In this document: positions 52,271-64,000 of the stretch, one piece after another | Layout: each line of letters begins with the position of its first letter | Position numbering within the stretch: the stretch's first letter is position 1 | Assembly: GCA_904063045.1 (NCBI GenBank) | Contig: CAJFCJ010000015.1 | Span: 868,001-932,000, forward strand | From: Dimorphilus gyrociliatus | Lineage: Eukaryota; Animalia; Annelida | Direction of reading: 5' to 3' | DNA: 64,000 bases | The notes under the pieces: generated by a model | The model's database searches: none | The model's input: the letters and a program-made list of their open reading frames with translations, nothing else | Told to the model about the DNA's origin: nothing | Translations under genes and position numbers: made by a program

Positions 52271-54359
52271 TTATTCCAATGGGCCGAAGTACTTTGAAGG
52301 TTTACGACGAGCTGAACGAGGGCATGGAGGAGTAAGTGGGGGAACGTTGCTATTAGTGCTGTCCATCGTTATATTAATGAAAGTTGACCAGTAGTCGTTA
52401 CGAATCTTTAAGAGGCGTTCCATGACGATATGCTGTTGTCGAGTTTGAGCAATCATCTCCATTGGCTGCGGCTCTGGGACCGAGTAGCCAACGACTGATG
52501 GTCCAAACATCTTAGCCAGAGATGAGGCTGACATTCCAGTTTGAGGTGATTCGCAAACTTTCTGTAAATGAATGATTAAGTAGGCGAGTGTGTCTCGATT
52601 AGATTGTGGTAGTTCGCTTATTGCTTGATAGAGTCCAGCTTCTCCATCACTACTATCTTCCGCTGCTTTAACAAATCGTTCCCACAGACGATATGTCAAG
52701 AGAGGTTCGGATAGGGAACGCAGGAAATCCTTTAAACATCCACAAATAGCATGAATATCAGAGATGATAGATAGATTGGGAGTGCCTCGTCCTCTTAAGA
52801 ACTTCTCTTTCAATTCTTTAACTTCTTTGTCACTTCCAGATAGTCTATAAATACCCTTTTCTGCTAAGCCACGATGTTCAACCTCGTTTATACAATGAAT
52901 GATGATTGCTGGGACATATGGTGGCTGATACGGCGCTAATTCAGCCAATTTAATGTTTGTGAGTGGAACGTGAGAAGAACCAGGAGAACCCGGAGTACTA
53001 ATTGGATTACAGGGTAGCGGTAATTCGTCACGGCAAGTAGTGTGAACAGTTGCTTTACAATCTTTACATTTATAGGCCGTCTTAGCAAATCTCATTTTCT
53101 TATCACACACACCGCAAGTCTCAGCCCGACCAAAGAGAGTTTTTGATTGGAAGTTGTGCGGTCTTGTCAAGCTAGAAGCAGATCCCGGGGCCCTTCGCAA
53201 AGTCCCTGTACTAAGCGATGGTGAGTAACCTGGCGTATGTCCATTTACAATGGGCGATGGTCCAGAGGAATGACGGATTTTTTTCTTTTTCTTTCCGCTC
53301 GTTATTTCAGCTTCCGCTTCTAGATTACCTTCCTCATCTACTTTCACTTTTGCTCGAATCTCAGCAGATTTTGATCTCCTACGTCCAGGCTCTTTCAACT
53401 CTCTGCTGGTTCGATCCTTTTTCATTGGAGGAGCGAAATCCTCGATTAATCCATTACTTCCAGGCATTGGTGGTGCCGAAGGCCTTTTCCACTTTTTCCC
53501 ACTTCGTAAGTAGCTGACACTCAATTCATCAAGATCCTCGTCCGTTTTATCATAACTTATATCTTGCGATAGAATGGAATCGTTCGATTCTTCTATTCTA
53601 CTGAGAGCGTTTGGAACACTCTCACCTCGAACTAATGTACTATTTAGGAAGGCTAAGCGAGAGCGTTCATCTTCATTTAATTGTAACGTGTTATTATTTC
53701 TCTTATCTCTTAGTAATTCTCTGATTAAATTAACTTGTCGATCCAAATTATCCCTTTCACGTTCTGCAAGTTGTCGCCTGTGTGTTTCAGATTCGATGAG
53801 ACTCCTGCAAAAAGATAAAGAGTTTAGCACATCATATTTACAGCTTCATCATCAAAGCGAACCTGGCGTGTTTTAGCTTTGTCGCTAAAGTCGCATTTTC
53901 GCTTTCAAGTTGCTTAACTACAGACTCCCTATCCCCCAGTCTTTCACTCCAGTCTGCCCTTTTCGATTCAACATCCTTAACATAAGTTATAAAAGCTGTG
54001 TATTGTAAGATAAAAACAATGATTAATAGTTTTTTCAAGGAGTTAAAGGGCACTTTTATGGCTAACCTTTGTTCTGCTCATCCCAACTACTTCTTAAAAA
54101 TTCATACTTTCTTATTACATCATCATATTCTGCTACAAGTGAAAGTTGAGATATCTTGTTAGCGTGTCTATGCTGTAAAGTTAAACATGATTTGTTAAAA
54201 TCCGATCGCAATCACAGAAATGGAATAAAGAAAATGGAATACTTTCGAAGCACACCACCCATACCCATGCGATTAAATCATCAGAAAAAGTTAATATCTA
54301 AATCTTTTCTATACTAAGTCAAAGGCAATTTAATTCTAAATAATAAATCTACTAACCAT
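52271..54359 (-). CDS. RACGAP1: Rac GTPase-activating protein 1 (CYK-4/MgcRacGAP, centralspindlin)
   Basis: Coiled coil (LSLVAEYDDVIRK...KLKHAR), C1 domain (HNFQSK...CGVCDKK...CKDCK..VHTTCR), RhoGAP (HCINEVEHRGL.EKGIYRLSG, DFLRSLSEPLLT, KMFGPSVVG). Start ATG at 54359 inferred from ATG|GTTAGT. Confidence 0.93.
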
Positions 54360-54445
54360 ACTCCATAAATATATTAAGAACAAAACCTAGTGTCCAGAAT
54401 TCTATAAAATAAAGGATCGAGTGGGAAACCTAACGTCCGAAATTC

Positions 54446-54478
54446 TTTGAACGAGTGATCAGCCAATGAGCAACGCGT
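54446..54478. promoter_or_regulatory. CHR-like TTTGAA, CCAAT box and ACGCGT upstream of RACGAP1
   Basis: TTTGAA 54446-54451, CCAAT 54463-54467, ACGCGT 54473-54478; matches the known layout of G2/M gene promoters, but short motifs in AT-rich DNA. Confidence 0.3.
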
Positions 54479-55407
54479 TTTTTGGCCGGAAATTGAAGTA
54501 CCGCATTTTAGTAAATTAACTATATAAGTTTTAATACAAAGCTTATTTTTATAAAACTTACATTATTATCATAAAATTTGTTAAATAAATATACGAAAAT
54601 TGGAATAGATAGACAATAATCAAAAGAGCAATAATAACATAATATCATCAACTTCGCGGGAAACCATTATTTAGCTTATAACTTTCATTTAATATCACTA
54701 TAGGCAAATTGAATGATTGAAAATATGACTTTTGCCAACCAAGAGATTAGAAAAGTTGCTTAAAACAACTAATTGTCAGGGGAATTCCTTTTGCATGCAT
54801 TATACACGTTAATGCCTAATTTCAACTCAAATTCATCAACTTAACTACGGTATAATGAAAAGAAATCAGCAAATTTTCATCAATCAGACCCAAGTCGGAT
54901 TATTGCTTAAGATTAAAAGTCCTGATACTTTTTCCCATGATAATTCCCTAACAAGAAGAGAAACGTATTCTATGATATCTAGCGCTCTCCTGCAATGCTG
55001 CTGAGCGATCAATTCTTAACATAATAACAAAAATAGAAAACATTTTGGAATTTTCGCAATAAAAATACTTTAACGAATCAATTTACGGAATAGACAAGAA
55101 AATTCTATATAAACAATGTTAGACTAGAATAACACTGCAATTTTTTTCAGTGCAGTAAGTATAAAATTTCTTTGTATATTGGTTTTACATCACCAATTTT
55201 CTATAATAAAAAAATGTTTGATGCATTATCTTTTCCATAGAAATGACAAACAAGTAACTAACAAATACAACAAGTGCAATAGCCTATTCAAGCGTTACGT
55301 TATCATTTACAATCTGTAAATAATTTATTCTTTCATCAAGCAACTGTTCACTTTTACATAATATTAACATGAATTGGAAAATATTAATATCAATAAAATA
55401 ATAGGTC

Positions 55408-58112
55408 TTATTTCGAGACCTGCCTGTCAATAATTTTCAGTAAACATAAGCCATTATTTATGTCGTTATCAACGTTTCCATTTAGAAGGACAACAAGTAA
55501 ACTCTTGTCTGGGACGCTTTTAATGATTTTTCGGATTCTGTCATCGGTCTTCTTCAAAAGATACTGTAAGAAAGTGAATTAAGTTTGAATAAGTATAAAA
55601 CTTGCGAACTATTAGCTTATAAAGAAAATAACCTCTTTTTCATTATCATTAATCTTTTCGCCTTCAGTAAGATTTCCATAAGATTGTAACCGAATCCATG
55701 AAAAGTCATCTTTATTAGCTTCCGAAATAAAGGACTTGACAGCCACCTTATCCGATGGAAAAAATTCCAATTCGCAATTATCTAAATTGGCTTTCAATTG
55801 CTTCATTAGACTTTCCTTGCTTTGTCGTTCATATAACTTGGCTATTACGTAATTATTTTAAATTTGGGAATAAGAAAATAAATATCTAAATAATATTTCC
55901 ACTTCTCTTACCGGTTTTTTGCATGTCCTTAAATAAAGAAAAGAAACTTTCGTAGAGAGAAACCCCTGGCAACTGAAAAAATGCATTTTTTATGCACCCA
56001 TTTGACTTTTCCCGAACCAAAGCGTTCTCGGCTACCATATCCTCTCTCATTCTAAGAACATCACCAAAATTTAAACCCTCCTTTAATTTTAGTTTAACTA
56101 ATTCCATAGTAGTTTCTGCATCTTCAGTAGGATGATGACCTTCTGATTGGTCTTGAATAGTTTTGCTAAAAAAATGAATTGACAGTTAGTCATATATGAC
56201 TGTTAATATTTAGATATTTATGTGCTTTATTCATGTTATTTTTTTTATTATAAAACATACTTAAGGAAAGTAGCAGCCAATCGTTTAAGACCGGATTTCA
56301 TTCGTCTATCTCCAGTTAAATTAAAGATACAACTCGTATCGATAACATATGGATGATACATTTGCAAAGCAAATAAATCGGAAACTAAAGATTGACCACA
56401 CCAGATAGCATCAGCTGGTAGAATATTCCTTAGATGTTTTTGGACATCTTCCAGCGTAGTTTCCACGTTAAAAAGATGTTTAGGTGTAATTCCACTGTAT
56501 CTGTAAGTAAAGTAGTTTTGTAAAGCCCGTTAAGATTCGTTTTTTATTCTAAGTGCTCTCTCTAGTTAAGGAGAAATGGGAATGACTTATTTAACATACG
56601 GTGTTAAGAAATTGAGAACTTTCGTTGGTGGCTTAACTAAGGTTTCATATATACATTCAAGATCTTCGTTAACAACTGATATACGGGCTAATTCATTTTG
56701 TCTTCTTACTGAATGAACCTGTCAGTAAACGAGGGAAAGAGAGGCATATTTATTGATTATCTGAATAGATATTTAGTATATGCATATAAAGTATACCATT
56801 TCACAATCGACTGCAAACATGGGAGAGTTTTCTGTCACTGGCTTGTAATCATCCTTCGATTGCACAAAATTCCTTGTCTTGACAGCTAAATTATAATGAA
56901 AATTCATGTAGACTAATAAATTCTCCATAACACTCTTAGGTGTAAGCTTACTCTTAAAATAGGGCAAAGGATATCCTTCCGAGACTAGTTGTTCGGGAGA
57001 AAGTAATAGGTCCAATCTCGAAAATTGACCATTTTCCTTTAATTTTGCTTTATTATTCTCGATTTTAATCTTTATACTTGTTTTTTTATGAATTTTCTGT
57101 GATAATTCATTGGCTGTCTGAAGTAATTAACAAAAAGTTAGTAAAGGCAGAAACAGTTGTTCTCTTAAGTCCCATAAGGATCAGTAAAATATTTAAACCA
57201 GCTAACCAAAGAAAGCAGAATTGTAAATTTGCTCATTAAATTATACTACACAAAATTTAATTATACTTTTTAAACATAATAAAGATGATTGATAATTACT
57301 AACTAGATCAAGATCTTTTGCCTTCTGAAGACTTGTTCTACTGTATGCAACTCGAAAGAGCTCTTCTTCGACTGATTTATCATACTGATAAGGAGTCGCG
57401 AATTCTGCAGTCTAAGGGATAAAAGTATGACATAATTCAATTGGCTTTGGCTAGTTTGCTTTTTAAATATAAAATATACCATAGGAAATTCCTTAAGGAA
57501 TTTAAGTGATGGACTAGTTCTATATTCTTTAATGCCAACTTTCTCAACGTTTACAACTGTAACTTTGGATATCTTTGTCCATCTTAAAAATTTACACCAC
57601 CTGGGTTGAAAGCTAGTTTTATTTCCTTGAATTGCATAAGAAACAGCATGTTGAATATCTGTGACGAAAAGGGGTGAACTATTTCTCTCTTCTTCTTCAC
57701 TCCACCTTAGATGTTCTGGAGTTGTTGAAGAAATGTCTGTTATGCTGGAAGCATAGGGATTAACTTCTGGTACTTGCAAAAAGATTTTTGGTTTAGTCAT
57801 TGACAGTTTCTGCCTTTCACGTATTTCTGCTCGTAATCTGGCCAGTTTTTCTGACTGTGATTCTTCTATTTTTATGTCTTGGCAATTATCAAGAGTATAG
57901 TCGTTTTTCTTCTTTTTATGAGGTGCTTCATCATCAGATGAAAATGATATCTATGTTCAAATGATATTTATTGGTTTCAATAATGAAATCATTTAATTTA
58001 ATACCTTATGTTTCTTATCATTTTTATTAATATTCATTATATTAAGCTGTGCTTCTGCCTTTTTTGCCTTTCTTTCTATTCGCTGTTCTTTCTTGTTTAA
58101 TTTAGGAGGCAT
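55408..58112 (-). CDS. REXO5: REXO5/REXO1-family DEDDh RNA exonuclease
   Basis: Basic N-terminus; WCKFLRW; LLLSPEQLVSEGYPLP; ExoI MFAVDCEM; GQSLVSDLFALQMYHPYVIDTS; GHHPTEDAETTMEL; C-terminal DDRIRKIIKSVPDKSLLVVLL..GLCLLKI. Confidence 0.88.
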
Positions 58113-58989
58113 GTTTTGTTCCCAAAAACACGTGGTGTTATCGCTCCTATTCGAACAAAAGTAAAATATTCACTTCGGCTTAATAAATAACTGGTAAACT
58201 CAAAAAGTTAAGTGAACAATACATCGTCTTTGCATGCTTTCAAAACTGCAATTTTAAATTATAAGACAAAATTAAGCATTGAAAGACCAGTGCAGCTTTT
58301 ATAATAAAGGTAATTAACTTTTTGTCAAAAATTAAAATAACATATAACAGAGAAATTAAGTAAGTGATTAATAAAATAATACAGGCAACCTCGAAAATAT
58401 AAAAATTCAAAAAAAAGACAGGTTTATAATATTCCAGAAAGCGAATAAATCAGTAGTCGCAGGAAATATGAGATATGTAACGCTTACTAAATCCATTTTC
58501 TTTTTTAAAGTAACAGATATAACATTTATTATCAGTGTACACACATTGATTTTTGGTAAATAAAAGACTTACTTTTTGTTAGGCTTATGTATACATCTTA
58601 AGTATTATAGACTTGAGTACAATTTCACTTTTGCAGCATCCAAATAGGAAATTGTACATAAGCCTATTATAGTCTACATCCATTTTGAAAGTGTATGATA
58701 GTTTTCATCAGTAGAAATCTATTTTTATCTTTAGAACCTTGAATTTTGTCTCGCTAATATTTTATCAAGATAGAGGTCAGTCTAACGAAATCAGTGTGGT
58801 ATTCTTATTGATTTTTGGTATATCATTACCAAAATTTTTGGGAATCGATACGAGTATTTATCTAAGAATTCAGAGTTTCGTGTAGTTCATTTTTTCCGAA
58901 AGCTATGTGGGAAATGGTACTTACTGCAATAATAAACTATTAATGACGCAATAATACATTTTAAAAAACTATATAATATCCACTTTCAG

Positions 58990-60240
58990 ATGTCTAATCC
59001 GGCTAATACTTTGCCGCCTAAGTTTGATGGTTATGAACCAATAAATTATGATCCTGCTTTTACTGTCCAAATTAATGAATCTATGATTGTACCAAACAAG
59101 ATTGGTTTAACCAAGGAAAATAGCGACACAGCTCCTGGAGGACCTCAAGTTGAACTTGAATCAAAATCAATGAATGTACCAGCTAAGATTGTGTTAGATG
59201 GTCTGTTATTATAAATAATTTGATATTTTCACAACTAATGGCCAAACTTGATTTATTTTCTTATACTTCATAGGTAATAACAGACATATTGGACTGCCTA
59301 ATGAACCTAGACTGCATTTAGATCTAAACGGGTTGCCTGACCAGGCAGAAGCTATTGTATTAGAGACCCCCCCAAGAACTTTAAGTATTGGCGAATCTAA
59401 ATTCTCTTCAATGAGCAAAATTGAAAAACAGGAGGAGACTGATCAGTATCCAATAAGTGAAGGTTTCAACACGCCGAAAGATACAGCCTCCAGCAGGTAT
59501 TAAAACATTATTTTTTTTTTATAAAAAGTTTTTTTAATATCCCTCCTACTCTATGTTCTGTTAAGTGAAAGCCTTTTGGAAGTGTGTGTTGAGTAAGTTA
59601 TAGAGATTTCTTCGCTTTCTTTTAACAAATAGATTTATTTTATAGTTGTTGTTCGTTATTTCTTTTTAAAAAACATTTTTTTTAAAAAGAAAACCTTTCG
59701 TTCGAGGTCTTTTTCTATAAAAATATAATTCTCTTCTCGCTCTGTCTCTGTATGAAATAACTTTGCTGTTTAATAATTTATCTTCTTATCATAATATATT
59801 TTATTTTATAATATTTTATTTGCTATTTATCCTCTTCAAGATTTTTTGAGCAATGTTTAATTATTTAATTATTGTTTTAAACAGAGATAATAGAGTCTAT
59901 GTTGGAGGTGGTGGAGAACCATTTGAGAAGCAATCAGAACAGGACTTAGTTATGAATATGCATTCACGTTTAAATACAATAGAGGTATGTAAAAATATAA
60001 AGAAAGTTCTATTAATTTACTATCTTTATATTATATACAAAAATACTGTCTATATATATAATCAAAGAAATGCTTTTCTTCTGTTTGTATTACTTATATT
60101 TTTTTTCCTGCTCATAGAGACACATTACTCACCTACAAGATGAAAATGAAAAGATGAAACAACGCGAAATAATCCTCTGTACTGTAGTTGCCGGCTATTT
60201 TCTACTAAAGTCCTTCAAATGGCTTTTTCATAAGAATTAA
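58990..60240 (+). CDS. MFF: Mitochondrial fission factor (Tango11/MFF)
   Basis: Exons 58990-59200, 59274-59496, 59885-59984, 60118-60240; repeats MIVPNKI, MNVPAKIVL, LETPPRTLSI; coiled coil and tail anchor LQDENEKMKQREIILCTVVAGYFLLKSFKWLF. Confidence 0.88.
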
Positions 60241-61572
60241 CTTAAGTTTTATTATATAATTGCTTCCCATTGCACTGGATATATTTTTTTTTTAATATCA
60301 GCTTTAACTTTCTGAATTGTTCTCAAGCTTTTTAAATATTTTGAGGAGCGAATTATAAAAGTCATTAAGTCATTATAAAACGAGACACTGTTGTTTTTGT
60401 ATCTCATTCATGAATTATTCGAGTTTTATTTACTAGATCTGCTCGCTTTATCGATATCTTAAAACAATTGGACGTGATAAGTCTTTCATTAACTAATTGA
60501 AAGGTATTTATTTAGTCTTTGTTGGGAGAAACCTAAATCAAGTATAAAATTTTAGTAAACTGTAGGAGACAAGATTCCTAAGAAATTGACTAACTTATTT
60601 AAGATAAGATTGCGCTTTGCAATCTTAGTAGAAGGGTTTATGAAAACACTATCCTTAAGTCTATCTTACACGAAACTGAACTCGAATATGCTAATTTTTT
60701 TCTTAATGGAATTATCTACTCTCTCCATTGCAGCATATATTAAAACAATGGATTCAATTTGCTTATACTATCGATTTATAATCTTCTTCTTTATTCCATT
60801 GATCAATCCCAAAGGAACTCAGGTCCTAAAACTAAATTAAGGTTCATTCGATAAAGTTGTACTAGAAGTGTCTGATCCTGATGAATGATTCGATAAACCC
60901 AAAGATTAATTAAAATGTTAAGGGAGATCTGTGAAAGTTCGTTTCTATAATAGATTTAGCACAGAATAAACGTTTTCTCCAATATAAACTAAAAAATCGT
61001 CTAATGTTTTAGTTCCAACTGAAAACTTTTACCATAAAAGTAAAATAGAATTTCCGTAATAAGTAAATAAACTGATTAATTGATAAATATAGGCTTTCAG
61101 CGAAAATAATAAGTGGGAAGAAGTTGACTAAAACTTATAAATTCTACGAATCATCGATGATAAGTGCAATAATGTCCTTCAGCAAATGCATTACGACTCA
61201 ATTTATACTTCTCAAATAATTATTACTATTGAAAAGGCGCGAAAGCTCCCAAGCTCTATGCAATTATAGTAAATTGTTCTATAAACTAACGATATACTGA
61301 ATAAAGCATGATATATTAATAAACGATATCTTTTTAACAAATAAATAATACTTATGGATTTTGTATTCCTAATATACAGTATAAAACAATGGCTTAGTGC
61401 GCTGGAAAGCTGTGACAGCGCATTTTTATTCTAGGTAGCGCTGACTGTATAGCTAGGGGTCAGCTGTTGTTCAAGGACAAAACGTCCTTTCTACGTGTAT
61501 TTCGAATATATTTCGATTTTTCTCCTTTATCTGGACACATTCAGCCAATATTCGTAAAATTTACATGATACA

Positions 61573-62662
61573 ATGGGTAGCTCACAATCTACACCTGACC
61601 AACCGAAAGAAATAGTGCCGAAAGGCCTCCAGAGAGAAGTAGTTGTTATACCGGTTGACCCAAGTCGTCAAGCTGAAGCAGCTTTTGAATGTAAGTACTG
61701 AAAATTACGATTGAGAATGCTATCCTTTGTAATATTTGCAGTTGTTTTTTGTTCTTGAGAATTTTTGTTCCTATTCAAATTCTTAGGGTACGCGAAACAT
61801 GTGTACGATAGAAAGCACAAAGTGCAAGTGCTGTATTGTCAAGAGCCGATCCAGGGTAATCCTTATTACCCAGAACATACGTTCAAAAGTGAGAGAAACA
61901 TCTTATAGCCCTGAGCCAGCCGAGTTGTTTGACCTTGCTTTAAATAATATTCTTCATTTTTAAAAACAAACTCTTACTCTAAAACTGAATTTAGTAGGTT
62001 ATAACAAAAAAAAAATCAAAGAATATCTTAATTTATTCGCTTGTATTTTCCTTTACAGGGTACCGAGCCCATGCTCATAAGTCAACGAATAAAGTTCATA
62101 TTATTCACTGTCAGGAAATCGAACATCCGGCTGGCGAGAACTATCCTGATTACGCTGTAGCTCGTATGTGTTTTTATTGTTCTAAATTAAATCTAAAAAT
62201 CAGGATAGATCAATTTGGGCAACATATTATCTTTAATTTTTTGTTAAAACTATATGAATTACTAAATCATTTTGTACTTGTAAACATTTATAGCTGAATC
62301 TTGGGCAGAGCAATTTGAAAAAGCAAAATCAGCAGGAAAGGATCTAGTTGAAAAATATGAAACAAAATTGAAAAACTATGGAATGGAAGGAAGTGTTTCA
62401 GCGGAAGTTGGTAGACCAGGTGAACTGATCGTTAAGTCGGCGCACGATAATCATGCTTCGCAAATTGTAATGGGTACCAGAGGCTATGGAATAGTCAGAA
62501 GAACAATTCTTGGTAAAATAATTCGATTAATTAGAGTAAAAACTTTGTGTTATAACGCAAGTGCCGTTTTTATTTACAGGAAGTGTTAGCGAATACGTAA
62601 TTCATCATTCTAACGTACCAGTGACTGTCGTTCCAAAAGAAACTCAAAGTTGGTTCTTTTAA
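61573..62662 (+). CDS. Universal stress protein (USP-domain) 1, with two alternative exon-2 copies
   Basis: [53 protein letters not shown] (G-2x-G-9x-GS motif). Exons from 61573, 61787-61888 or 62059-62163, ~62295-62512, 62580-62662. Confidence 0.92.
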
Positions 62663-62793
62663 ACGGTCTATTAATAATAAATCACCAAATACAACATTAT
62701 ATTGGATAATAAATAAAACAATAATCGAAAGAGATAATTATAATATGAAAATGTCTACTTGGAGTACTAGATGTGCGATAGTGATAGTTGATG

Positions 62794-63413
62794 TTATTGT
62801 CGACAAATGAGAACAGGACATTTGGCATGGTGAACAACATAGTCGCTGACGGATCCCATTATGGTTCGTCGAACTTTTCCCAATCCCCTAGTTCCCATAA
62901 CTATCAGAGAGGCTTTCTCTTCCTCCCCAACACGTACGATCACTTCGCCTGGTTTACCTCCCTGCTCTGATCGAATTCTCCCAGATAACTACAAATGATA
63001 AAAAGAAATCAATGTAGTAATCAGTTAATTTAGTAGTCTATTTCATTTTGTAACATACACCGTTCTCGAGAATTTTCGTTTGGTATTTTTGTTCCAGCTC
63101 GATAACTTTTGCTTGCTCTTTCTTCAGAGCTTCTTCCCATCCTGACGCCGTGTAACCAACTCCTATAGAATAAAATACATTAACGGAAAACGGTTTCTAT
63201 GCCGATACAATCCTTTGCTATAAACACGGATAAGAGCGCAATAATTACATTTCCGGTTGCCTCGAGCATAGTCCTATAAATATAGGGCGGCAAGACGAAA
63301 AAAACGTATATGTCATATTCGTTTATACTTACGTTTCTTCTCCCCATCCAGTATTTCAGGAACGTGGATGAGAATCAGTTTGTAGTCTCGTTTATGGATA
63401 AACTTTAAGTACC
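62794..63413 (-). CDS. Universal stress protein (USP-domain) 2, first exon not identified
   Basis: Exons 63413-63333 (YLKFIHKRDYKLILIHVPE), ~63163-63059 (WEEALKKEQAKV), ~62990-62794 (PGEVIV...IVMGTRGLGKVRRTIMGSVSDYVVHHAKCPVLICRQ*). Confidence 0.88.
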
Positions 63414-64000
63414 CTGTTCTCAAAGCAAAAAGGTAGATAAATTTTCGAGATAGTCAATAAACAAACTAAATCCTGTTAACAGTTTATTCTTAAAGAGAAA
63501 AGACGAATGAAATACGATTAAGATTAAAAGGCGCCCTGCTAGTTCATTAATTAGCGATCGATAAACAAGGAATCTGGTCGGAATTCGATTGTCGTACTAT
63601 TCACGCATTAGTAGTAAAAAGAATTCCGCAAAGTGAATAAAAACTTAAGTAAGAAGTAGATTACGTTATTATTATCAAAAAAAGTGATCAGGTGTTTCAG
63701 CGTATCACGTACACTGATCATTTCAATTTAATTAAAGAAGAAAGAAGAAATATGACGTTTTTTTAATTAAGTATCACGAAAATGAGCGTTCGTTTACATG
63801 CTTGTCGACTTTAGACGTTACTATAAATGAAAAAAGCGTCAAAAACGAAATATTTGGCCAAATAATGCGAAGGAAATAATAATACAATATAAACGTTTCA
63901 CAAACAATCGGTATAAATAAACAAAGGGAGAATTAAACTCGCTGAATTATTCAAGAAGCAGACTCCCCACCAACAAACAGTTGCTGGATCGAACTTGGAA

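Noticed and set aside
56886-56951. 66-nt stop-free in-frame intron in REXO5 (possible exitron)
   Set aside because: Typical GTAAGC...TTTAG intron of normal length; absence of a stop in 22 codons can occur by chance.
60300-61270. Protein-like fragments on both strands between MFF and USP1, including ORF 60586-60840 and a 9-bp inverted repeat at 60605-60627
   Set aside because: All frames examined carry stops at about the rate expected for this base composition; no coherent exon chain could be built.
63249-63273. 25-nt AG...GT-flanked candidate microexon in USP2
   Set aside because: It is frame-shifting, and the flanking exons already join in frame without it; no other support.

Overview
AT-rich, gene-dense animal genomic DNA with short (mostly ~55-100 nt) GT-AG introns and many (TA)n microsatellites. 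Compactness plus animal USP-domain genes suggests a miniaturised lophotrochozoan such as the annelid Dimorphilus (inference, not verified). About 18 protein genes are supported: PKD (+, 5' exon not located), an orphan two-exon ORF (-), NOVA (-), PP1-beta (+), a stand-alone twin-PAH protein (-), GTPBP2 (+), PLD3-like (-), a ~10 kb F-type-lectin-repeat/EGF type I membrane protein (-), LYPLAL1 (+), a multi-domain WSC/antistasin/WAP/thyroglobulin/Kunitz membrane protein (+), glutamine synthetase (+), two tandem UGTs (+), RACGAP1 (-), a REXO5-like exonuclease (-), MFF (+) and two convergent USP-domain genes. No tRNA, rRNA, CRISPR or intact transposon was recognised. Most interesting: (i) several candidate mutually exclusive exon pairs (two in PKD, one in USP, a possible vestige in GS); (ii) 66-69 aa cationic G/K/R/W inserts inside disulfide loops of the protease-inhibitor-module protein; (iii) the PAH-only protein; (iv) the degenerate multi-F-lectin/EGF receptor; (v) a perfect ChoRE-type double E-box upstream of GS. 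Exon coordinates were read by eye and may be off by a few bases.
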